Shown here one piece after another: positions 53,304 through 64,000 of a stretch of DNA of 64,000 nt (positions are counted from its first letter, which is position 1; every line of letters starts with the position of its first letter). Origin of the DNA: Lytechinus pictus (taxonomy: Eukaryota); the NCBI RefSeq assembly GCF_037042905.1, contig NC_087252.1:18354001-18418000 (forward strand). The letters run 5' to 3'. The notes under the pieces are model-generated. The model worked only from the letters and a program-made list of their open reading frames with translations, had not been told where the DNA came from and made no database searches. Made by a program: the position numbers and the translations under genes.

Positions 53304-53633
53304 CAGGGTTCCTACAGTAATGAACAATTTTGGAAAATCCTGGAAAAATTTGTGGTCATTGAAAGTCAGGGAATTTGGAAAATTTGTGAAAAGTCATGGA
53401 ATTGCATTTACCTCTTGGCTATGGCAGCTTTCCAGTTTGTCGTGTCTCGCAACTCTAATACTCTGTGATAATACCTGCTATTTTAATTGATGTTAATGAT
53501 TTCCATTTTTCCCAGTTTTGTGACATCCCAAATGCTACATAACTCCCACCACGTCACGGGAAGTCATGGAAAGCAGCAATTTAGTCATGGAAAAGTCATG
53601 GAATTCTGTTTTCAAATTTCTGTGGGAACCCTG
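53304..53633. mobile_element. hAT-like MITE (CAGGGTTCC ends)
   Basis: CAGGGTTCCTACAG / CTGTGGGAACCCTG with AAAGTCATGGAA subterminal repeats; possible 5-bp TSD GATAA/GATTA. Confidence 0.7.
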
Positions 53634-54869
53634 GATTAGGGCTAATTAACAAGGTACCCATCAAATAGGGTTTGTTTATTATTTAGTTAGACTACGCCTC
53701 ATGAATATTCAGTGACCCAGGATATAGCGTTTTTTCCAACGCATCGATCAGCTTGACTGGTGTGGTGCAAGTGTTAAAATCAAACGATGCACTATTATGA
53801 GTTTATTGCAGTCAAGACCATTGAATACAGGTTTGAGTTTCGCCTTTAACAATTATATTTTACAGTTCTCTTTCTTTATTATAAATTGAAGAAAGACTCT
53901 AATAAAAAGGCAAAGCCGAGATTTGTATAGTCTGATTCAAAGCCTCCAAAACAATGTTAGCTCATATCGGAAGTGGGGAAAAATACGCTGCAGGCTTGGG
54001 CTGTACAGTCCAGTCTGCTTATATAACGGACAAGCATCAACACTAATGTTTGCTTTTATACCATGCTTGCTTTATTTTGTTCACAATGCCAAATGTAAGA
54101 ATGTTAATGTTCTATTTTTTGCCATTTATAGCTTTCATGATTAAATGAGTTCATTTATTTTATATGTTTTATTCGGTGCTTGAATGCTTTTTACAGATCA
54201 TTCCTATTTTGATGCTATATATAGTGGTCCATCGGTAGATTATCAGATTTATTTTTTGCAGAAATTTGCCAATTGCCTGGATGTGATTAAGCTTAAAATT
54301 GATGCTGATGGCTAGTTTATGGTATTCCTTGTACTACTTTATGGCAATCAATTTTACCATCTCTTGACACCAGACACATAGTGCCTTTACTTTAAATTTA
54401 TAAGGCATCATGGTTACACAAATGATTCTTGAATGAAATAAAGAAGTCTAACATTCATTTTCATGTGAGTGGTTGAAAGAACTGACAATTTTATATTTGC
54501 AAAATATGTTTGAAATATTTTTTTTTAATTTGGAAAATTAATGAAAATTAATGGGAAAAAAATCTAATATAGTGCTATACTTTGTCAATTTTTATCATAT
54601 TAGGAATAATCTGTAATGGAAATGTGTATTCAAAATGAATTTACAACTGCGTTCCATCTGATGTTATATTTACCAAGTCAATTCCATGTTTTCAGTCTGT
54701 TTATACATGTTAGTGAATCTCATTCGTCAATGTCACTTTGACCATGCAGCTGCTATTCTTGATAAGGGTACTTATATTTGCCAAATGTACCAATTTTATC
54801 TTGCATTTTATTGTGCCAAAAGCTTTTTGATATAGGATTGTAAATAAGTTTTGCCACAGAATGTTTCAA

Positions 54870-54875
54870 AATAAA
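54870..54875 (+). terminator. Candidate distal CDCA7 polyadenylation signal
   Basis: AATAAA followed ~30 nt later by a GT/T-rich tract. A similar proximal candidate is at 53006-53011. Confidence 0.3.
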
Positions 54876-55203
54876 TTTTAACAAAACTACTTCTACTTTT
54901 CATGTAGCTTGTGTTTTGTTTAATCTAAATAATGTTCATTAATAAGACATGGATTGTAACAAGACATGATCTTATGAGAATCAATGTTAGTTGGAGAAGA
55001 AAATGGGAAGGTGGACAGTAAGGATGATAGATAGCAAAAGAGAGAAAGGTGGAGTGGGAGAGGAGAGAGAAGGAGATGAATGAGAAGAAGAAGGAGGAGA
55101 AAAAGAAGAAGAAAAAGGAGGAGGAGAAGAAAAGGAGAAGGATGAGAAGAAGAAAAAGAAGGACGAGGAGAAGAAGAGGGAGGAGGATTAGAAGAAGAAG
55201 AAG

Positions 55204-56400
55204 AACAGGTGGAACGCCTCTGGCAGTCTCGCCTGCATTACGCGATTTAATATAACAGCAGTGCTAACTTTGAAAACTACTATTAAATAATCATTCACAA
55301 AAACACCATTCATATAATGACATAATACCACGTTCATTGACCATAAATGACATTTGAACGGTGACTTAAGACTTGTCAACTACACCCATGTCCACATTTC
55401 ATTCACTCTATCCATAAAGTTTCAAAGTTATGATGGCAATTCAACAATTACCCCAACATGGCCTAAGTTTATTGACCTTAACTGACCTTTGACCTTGGTT
55501 TTGTGACCTGAAACTCACAGGGGATGTTCAGTGATACTTGATTACTCTTATATCCCAAGTTGTATGAACTAGATCCATAAACTGTCAGAGTTAGGATGGT
55601 AATTCAACAAATACCCCTAACACGGCCAAAGTTCATTGACCTTTAATGACCTTTGACCATGGTCATGTGACCTGAAACTCGTACAGGATGCTCAGTGATA
55701 CTTGATTACTCTTATGTCCAAGTTTTATGAACTAGATCCATAAACTTTCAGAGTTAGGATGGTAATTTAACAAATATCCCCAACACGGCCAAAGTTCATT
55801 GACCTTAAATGACCATTGACCATGGTGATGTGACCTGAAACTCGCACAGGATATTCAGTGGTACTTGATTAACCTAATGTCCAAGTTTCATGAACTAGAT
55901 CCATAAATTTTCAAAGTTATGATGGTAATTCAACAAATACCCCCAACTTGGCCAAAGTTCATTGACCCTAAATGACCTTTGACCTTGGTCACGTGACCTG
56001 AAACTCAGGCAGGATGTTCACTAATACTTGATTAACCTTATGCCCAAGTTTCATGAACTAGGTCCATATACTTTCTAAGTTATGATGTCATTTCAAAAAC
56101 TTAACCTTCGGTTAAGATTTTGAAAATAATTCTCCCAACATGGTCTAAGTTCATTGACCCTAAATGACATTTGACCTTGGTCATGTGACCTGAAACTCAG
56201 GCAGGATATTCAGTAATACTTGATTAAGCTTATGTCCAAGTTTCATGAACTAGGTCTATATACTTTCTAAGTTATGATGTAATTTCAAAAACTTAACCTT
56301 AGGTTAAGATTTGATGTTGACGCCGCCGCCGCCGCCGCCGCCGTCGCCGTCGGAAAAGCGGCGCCTATAGTCTCGCTCTGCTATGCAGGCGAGACAAAAA
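55204..56400 (-). mobile_element. Helentron-associated element, copy 2, inserted in a GAA/GGA microsatellite
   Basis: Same modules as 49996-50928 in reverse: subTIRs 56384-56395 and 55226-55237, (GCC)n and five tandem units. Purine-rich repeats flank it at 55050-55203 and 56401-56575. Confidence 0.85.
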
Positions 56401-59400
56401 GGAGGAGAAGAAGAAGAAAAAAAGTACAAGAAGGAGAAGAAAAAAGGAAGAGGAGAAGAAGAAAGAGGAGAAGGAGGAGCAGAAGAAGAAGAAAAAAAGA
56501 ACAAGGAGGAGGAGGAGGAGAAGGAGGAGAAGAAGGAAGAAGAGGAAGAAGAAGAAAGAGAGATAGAGGAGGGGGGAAGCTGAATAGGTGTGACAGACTA
56601 GGTTAATATGTGCGTTTTGGAGAGGGGTGGGGTTAGATGGGGGTAAGCTCTGGTAAGAGAAAGTAAGTGTGTGTATGTGGGGGTAGGAGGCTGCACAAGT
56701 AGGAGCATGCAGGTATATGGATCTTGTGTTGATATTTACTTGTTTGTTTGCACGTTCGTTTATTTATTTGTTTTTCCACCCGTCCATTTCCTTTTCTGTT
56801 CGGGGGGGGGGGGGGGGTTGGGGGTGACCAATACATGTTTCATTGAAACAAGCAAGTTACAAGTAGTAGAGGGGAGGGGCTGAAACCTCCATTGGTAATC
56901 CCAATGTTGAGTAAAATTGGACTTGAATGACGGACGGATCTATAGATTACGAAAACATAACATACAAAAAGAAAAATGGTCCCTTCAACTGATATACTAG
57001 GACCGATTCCCTCATGAATTCTGTGGTCCATACTCCAAAGTACGCAATTGTAAAGTCGACATGAATATTGAGACTATTAATCTTGTCGATTATCGTTTCT
57101 ATAGATATATCAATATTTATTTGTGCGTCAACAATTAACATGATACGTTAATGAACACTTCAAGTCAGTGATTAAACACATGGAGTGGTATTTGAATAGC
57201 ACTGGTTTAGTGAAATCTGGGTTAACTTCAAGATCAGACTTTTGTGGAATGCCAACTATCAAATCATTCACTAATTAACCTTAATTCTTACCCTGCCTCA
57301 AAAATTTGTCAAATTAATTTAGTCGTGAAATGGACATAATATGAAAATACAACTTTTTAAAAACAATTGAATGAAACCGATGGCATTCATTTCAGAAGCT
57401 TTTAGAAAAAGATGGATGGAAATATCAAAAAAAGTCCTGGAAAATATAGAAAAACATAATAATTTACCCCTCCCAATAACTAATCGCATAGGGAGTGCAC
57501 CATTTATTTTACCACCCTTCTAAATGTCACTTCATTAGTATTCTTTATCCCGGATTATAATATGAAATAAGTGGAGAACAAACATGATAAATGAGAATTG
57601 AAATTCAACATAGTGCATAAAAGGAGATTGAAACCAACAAGAGTCCTAAAAATGGCTTATCTTCAGTTCATAAAAAAAAGCTTTAGATCGCGATCGCATG
57701 ATTGATCTAGTGCACGTAGTACCTAGTCTTGATGTAGAAATAAAGCTATAAGACACTTAAAACTTCAGCCTTAAGGACAAGCCCCTCCCCCCGACTGGCG
57801 TGCAGATGTGGGAGCTGGGGGTTGAGATACCACATTTCGTGGGTATTTTTCTAGACTCATTCAGCAACTCCTGGGAGAAATGAGATTGATCGGTTGAGTC
57901 ATGCATGAGTAATCAAAGATTGAATTAACAATGACATATTTTTTAAAGTCACAATAGTCGTTTTTTTGGATTGTGTAAGTACAAAGTTGTTTTTTGGGTG
58001 AGTTCTATGGTGCTAATGCCGTTTCACTTTCCATGATTTAGCCACACCACACAAAATTTTGATAACGTATGTTCATGGTTGAGTGAGCACATTTTATTGT
58101 GACATATCATTATCGGGGTTATTGGTAGTATCCTTTATAACTAAAAAACATGTTATATTGACAAATGTTCCTGGCGCCCCTCCCCCATTTTCTCGGTCCC
58201 CTCCCCATTTTCAAAATCTGGATCCACCACTGATTTGTCCATAAATCCAACTGATCCTGAGAAATTGAAAGGAAAAGAATGCATAACTATATGTAGTGTA
58301 AAGAGTATTAATTCCCAATTTTTTAAGTGTGCTCGCTCAACCATGAATGAAAGTGTGTTGTTATTAAGTCACATTTGTAACTGAATTTGCCCCATTATTC
58401 TTTTAATAAACCCTTAAAATGAGTACGTGACACTAAAAATGCAATTTCCCCCTTTGATGCGTGCTCAGTCATCGATATAAACAAATCGATTTCATTTCTG
58501 CACATAGGTTCATAAAAATTACTGCCATATGACATTGCAAAAGACAGCTTTGAAAAAAAGTTCCACCATATTGAATAAGGAGTTACTTATTCTTAAACAT
58601 ATGCACCCATAGTGTACACACTGTCTATAAAAAAAAGGAAATAAAAAATTTAACAAAATTGAAATTAGGGTTTGTTTCATGGACGGTTTTTGTTACTTCT
58701 GCCAACAGTTTTTTAATGAAGCTTCGCACATAGCTTCAGGGTGGCACTATCCAAAAGGCGCGCACACAGAGTGGGCCAAGGCCTTGAACATTCTTTTCAT
58801 TTGCATTATTTTTTAATATTGTGTGCTCACTGAAGCATTAGACATCGGGATTTTAATAATCAAATCAAAAGAAATATGCAAAAGAATTGTGATAGATATT
58901 CATAGTTAGCAATTGCATTTTTCCCATCAACATTAAAAAGAACTATTCACATTCCACATGTTCATTCAAGCGTGTATTTTTAATTACACGCCTTTCGATC
59001 ATTGAAGCATGATAATTGGTCATGAACATAACGAGAAAAATTGATAAGATAGTTTAAGTTCCCAAAATGAAAAAAAAATACTTGCCTTTGACATTTGAAA
59101 ATCGTATTTTCATTAAATGGTCATTGAGCCGTGAAATGATGAATATTGTTGAAGATCTCTTCCCAAAATAACTCATCATATTCGATCATTTTTTTTTCGA
59201 TAAGAATGTGCAAAGGTCCAATTCTAGCAAATTTTGACTTGTGCTCATTCAGCTGTGAAATTTAGCAAAAGAGTTTTATCATATCTGAGACAGTACCTTT
59301 TACAAACCGTCTAACGGTTTTTGTTATGATGAGAATGTGGAATTCGTTCCAATAAAATGGAATAAAAGTCATGATATTTGGCTTGTGACTTTCAAACAGT

Positions 59401-59594
59401 GACAATTTTGACTTCTGGAGGTGCTCACTGAAGCATGCCATAAAATACGTCCGCAACATTCACTCAGAGGGTATTTATAAAATTACATACACGCTCATGT
59501 TAAAATATATTAAAAACTCCATGTGGTTCAGAAATTATGGATGTTTGTTTAAGGGAGACTTATTATCATGATTTTTTTTGGGTATATATATATA

Positions 59595-60916
59595 CAGTGC
59601 GTATAAAAAAAACGGGACAGTTTTGAAAAGTCTATAAAAAATTTGTTTCAAATTATGATATCTAAATTTTGATGTTAATAGATGCTCTAAAATCTTATCT
59701 TTGAAATGCTATTAAAAAAATAAATTTTGTTCATGCTTGAGTGAACACGGAACGTTTTTTGGGGGGTTAAAAAAAAAGCTTGCGCCAAAATGTAAGAAAT
59801 TTGAAATTTGATGATCAGACTTCTTAATCAGCAGACTTCTTCTTTACCTTTTCATTATCTTTGCAATGATTTTCGAATTATGCTGTCAAATTTCATTTAC
59901 AAATTTATTTATTTACTTAAATCATTTTTTTTAATTTAAATTTCTTTTAACTTTGAATTTTCCTTCATAAGTAAGAAAAGAAGACTTTTTGTCAACCCGA
60001 GCAAGAACATTTGCATTATTAATTGGGAGAACTTGTAATTGTTCAAATCCTTTTATTACGTGAAAAGGATTATGTTATGGTACCTTTTTATAAAAGACAT
60101 GAATCCTCTTTTCAAGGGTTTATTGATTCCTTGACCAAGTTATGTGCTTGACAGGACAAATATGAAAGGATTCATTTATTTCAATGGTAATGGGGTATTG
60201 AGTCAATTTTGAAGGAGCTAGATATGGCAGATTGGATAAAATGCATTAAAAAGTTGTGAGCGAGCAAAGCGAGCAAGCAAAAATTTCCACTTTTTTATTA
60301 AAACATCCAATTTTGTGATAGATTTTGACATAATATTCAGAAAATAAACAATATTTCACTATCTATTTTTCCTTTTATTTCCTTTCCACTTTTTTTTCTT
60401 GGTCATGGTTTCTTTTATTTGGGGGGAGCACCCCCGAGCCCTGCCCATCTGTATGCCACTGTTTAAAGGCACCATAGCCTTTGTAGCACACAAAGGATTT
60501 GAAGAAATAAAGATACACGCTCTCCCATACTTCGATTGAAAAAGCTAAAAGAGAACATATTAAAAATAAACAACAACAGAACAATTCAAGCAAATAAACA
60601 GATTTGAAAATGAATTTTGACCGCATAATTCGAAAATTATGGTAAAAAAAATGAAAAGTTTTAAGAGGAAGTTTGCTGATTAGCAAGAAGTCTGATCATC
60701 ATATTTATCAATTTATGCCATTTTGGCGCAAGCCTCCATTTTAACCCCAGACAAAAACATTCCGTGTTCGCTCAAGCATGAACGAAACTATTTTTTTTAA
60801 TTGCATTTGAAAGATAAGACTTCAGAGCACCTATTAACACCAAAATATAAACAATATAATCTGAAACAAAATTTCATAGACTTTTGAAATCTGTCCCGTT
60901 TTTTTGATACGCACTG
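59595..60916. mobile_element. Tc1/mariner-type MITE inserted in (TA)n
   Basis: TA|CAGTGCGTAT.AAAAAAACGGGACAG ... CTGTCCCGTTTTTTTGATACGCACTG|TA, with imperfect TIRs over 200 bp. It contains a fragment of a CAGTGGC-type element ending at ~60461. Confidence 0.85.
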
Positions 60917-61136
60917 TATATATATATATATACATATATAAACCGAAAATGAATTGTATCAAACGCACAGCATGATTTATGAGATCGATCAGAACGATTT
61001 TCTTGTTAATGATTTACTTATAATGCTTAGTAAATATTTATTTTGCCATATCACATCATGTTAGTGTTAACTACATGCAAAGTGAGTCTAATAGGATGTA
61101 CGATTCTACCATACAAGGTCGTAAAAACTAACAATC

Positions 61137-62046
61137 ATGGATGTGAAAACAACTTTTTTTGTCGGAATTGCCCTCGTTGTTTTCTCTATATGTGGTAAGC
61201 TGGTAAATTAAGTAGTTTTTGTTGTTGTTGGTGTTAGAACAGTAACAGTATACAATCAATACTCATCATCTTGGACATTAGTGAGAATTACAAGCATAAT
61301 TTGGGACAGTTGTATAAAAAGCCAGATGCTCTTTTGAATATAAAATGCATGCAAATATTTTAATTCTCAGATTAAGAATTATGAGTATGGTGGTTGGATC
61401 CTTGTTAATAAACCATTCTCACCTTTAACCATAGTACCAGTTACGAGCAAATCTTCCTGTTCACTGAAAATAAATGACTGCTCAGTTGTATATTTCAGAC
61501 AATCCTGTGATTTCTCAATATCACCACTTTCAAATACAAACTATTCAAAATATTTCATTAAATAAAGTAATGGAATATATATTTTCATAATCAAAGTTCC
61601 ATGCGCTGTGATTACTTTATTTCTTTCTCTGGTATTGTATTTGCAGGATACTCTCAAAATGTTCCTGATGATGTTGTTTATACTGAGGTCAAGAAGACAC
61701 TTGTCAACGGAACAACTGGGATCCTGAGGTGTGCGTTCAGAGGAGAGCCGAACGCTGTCTTCTGGAAAAAAGGGACTGATCCTGCAAAATCCCCATCCGT
61801 GATACTCTTGAGTTACGGTGACCTGTTTGGCCCGAGATATGAGGATGGAAGCTGCGATATAGATGATAACTACTCTCTGGTCTTCAAAGAAGTTACAGAA
61901 AGTGACGCCGGGCGCTACATCTGTAGAGTTTCCAACTATAAGGGAATTCTTATTTACAATTTTACTGATGTAACGATAATCAGTAAGTTCTTACATTAAA
62001 GTCTTGTTATTTTTTTGTCTTATTCCCTTTGTTCTGGTTCTTCTTC

Positions 62047-62091
<45 letters not shown>

Positions 62092-64000
62092 TTCATCCTT
62101 TTCTTCATCTTCTTCTTCTTCTCTCTTCTTCTTTTTCATCTTCTTCCTTTTCTCCTTCCCATCATATAAATCATCATCTTCTTTTTCTCCTTATTTGTTT
62201 CGTCTTCTGGTGTACATTCCAACGCACCATAGTTGGAACTTCTGATGTGGAATTATTTTTTTAATTGCTTTGTTCTTTTGTGGCAATTCAATACGATTAT
62301 TCAAGACTTGACTCAAGTATACATGCATTACAATTTACGTCTGATCTCGTTTTCTTTATGATCAGATACTCCAGTCAAGACGAAAGATAGCGTATCAGTT
62401 CAGAAGGGTGCCATCTGTGTAATACCTTGTCAGATAGACATTCGCCACCGGAAGGTCTCCTGGGTTAAGGGTTCAAACGATACATTAATCACAGTGGAAA
62501 CGTCGCACCATGCCTTCAAGAGAAGTGGACATCTTGGAGGTTTTTTCGACATTACCAAGGATAATTCTTTGGTCGTCAATAATGTGAAAATCCTTCATGA
62601 TGGTAGCTACACCTGTCAGGTGACGGACTACGACACAGGCCATGTATTTCAGAATACTACAAGACTCCATGTCTTTGGTAAGTATTCCAGAATAAGTTTT
62701 GTTCACTGTCTTCTGACATGGAAAGGGATATGTTAAGCCAGGGAAACATTCAAGGAAGAGGAGGGATGACTATAATCCTGATAATGAAAGGGCTATGATT
62801 TGCCAAGTGGAGAAAAGAATGAAGGCGATGGAAATGAAATAATAAGATGGATAATAATAACAATACGAAAAAAATGTACATATATGCATGTATACACACA
62901 CTTTTTGGGGACAAATCTTCATTTTATATCATTAACAAAATACAAAAATATCTACAAAAAAAGAAGCAAATAATGATGGAATGAAATACCTTAAAAACAT
63001 AAATACATACATATAATTAACTCAGCCCCGACCCTCTATGTTACTTATAATATATATGAGTAATATTGAAAGATTTGCAGAAAAAAAAGACAACATATTA
63101 TCGTTGCACCACGTTTTGCATTGAGTTTCTTCATACAATGAAACAAAGTATATTGACATTATACACCCATGCACACACTTAATCAACACACCCACACACA
63201 TACATGAACATAAATCCAAAAACTTTTCATGAACATTTGACATAGGGTACAGAGAATAAAAATCTGAATATCAGAATGACACAAGAGAAGGGGGAATTAA
63301 AGCAAACTAGTACATCAGCTAGTATCATCAACACTCACACCAAAATTGATATTCGTAGCACACTAGAATCATCCTGCACATAAACACACACATCCAAACC
63401 CCCACCCACAATTACAGAGAGAGAGAAAAAAAGAACAGAAAAGTACATGGGAAAAGGAAAATAGGAAGCCAAAGAAATAGGCCTGCGTTGGACAGAGTAG
63501 CTCTTGACATTATAAATCTTTTCGAGAAATGCACATGCTAGCTCAGGATCGTGCAGTATAATTATGGAAAGTTTGTCCATGGGGTCATCCTAAGTCGAAA
63601 ACGACTAAACAAATCTCCTGTGTTCTTTACCTGTAATTCATGTTTCTCATTGCATTTCGAAAGCTTATCCTCTGGAGCCGTTTCCTTCGATCAAAGAGTG
63701 TCCAGAAGGACAACAACATATTTCATCTTGTACTCTGCGCATAGAAGCTGAAACCATATTAACTTGTGAAGTTAAGAAGTACTACCCAGATATTGATCTG
63801 TACTTCAGGCACGGAACAACGAGAATTGATTCCCTGGAAACAACTGTGTGGAACAACACGGATGGTACAAGAAATAAAGTTATCACGATAGCAACAAATG
63901 GAACAATCCAAACTATCTTCGAATGTGTTGCATCAGGAATGGTCGGGGAAGCCGAAGACCGAACAGTGACAGTTCACCTGATTCGGGATGGTCAACAGAA
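61137..64000 (+). CDS. Immunoglobulin-superfamily secreted or membrane protein (signal peptide, IgV, IgV, C1-like), 3' truncated by the window
   Basis: Exons 61137-61194 (MDVKTTFFVGIALVVFSIC, signal peptide), 61647-61982 (ILRC..VFW..SLVF..DAGRYIC), 62366-62677 (IPC..VSW..SLVV..DGSYTC) and 63664->64000 (LTCEVKKYYP..NTDGT..FECVA). All introns are phase 1 with one domain per exon. Confidence 0.85.
62038..62190. repeat. (TCA/TTC)n microsatellite
   Basis: Intronic run after the first Ig exon. Confidence 0.9.

Noticed and set aside
55049..56583. K/E/R-rich ORFs
   Set aside because: They translate GAA/GGA microsatellite flanking a HINE insertion.

Overview
Eukaryotic, AT-rich, intron-rich DNA; the repeat content and gene set point to a sea urchin (inference). 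Three spliced + strand genes were rebuilt by hand from AG/GT junctions with consistent phases. (1) A 736-aa multi-C2H2 zinc-finger protein (8 coding exons, 17995-30348). (2) CDCA7, with a zf-4CXXC_R1 domain and a HELLS-binding-type helix (9 coding exons, 40462-49636, 337 aa) and an E2F/ETS promoter. (3) The 5' part of a signal-peptide/IgV/IgV/C1-like protein that runs off the window (61137->64000). The rest is mostly nested non-autonomous elements, many with readable TIRs and target duplications: hAT, P-like, PIF/Harbinger-like, Kolobok-like, piggyBac, Tc1/mariner, CACTA-like, Helentron-associated elements and tRNA-derived SINEs. No transposase ORF, CRISPR array or true RNA gene was seen. The most notable observations are a ~1.5 kb palindrome in CDCA7 intron 1, Helentron-type elements carrying arrays of nuclear-receptor DR1/DR4 sites, transposons carrying promoter and splice-donor cassettes, and the Ig receptor architecture. 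None is shown to be a new system; all are hypotheses. Most short ORFs in the supplied track are low-complexity artefacts.
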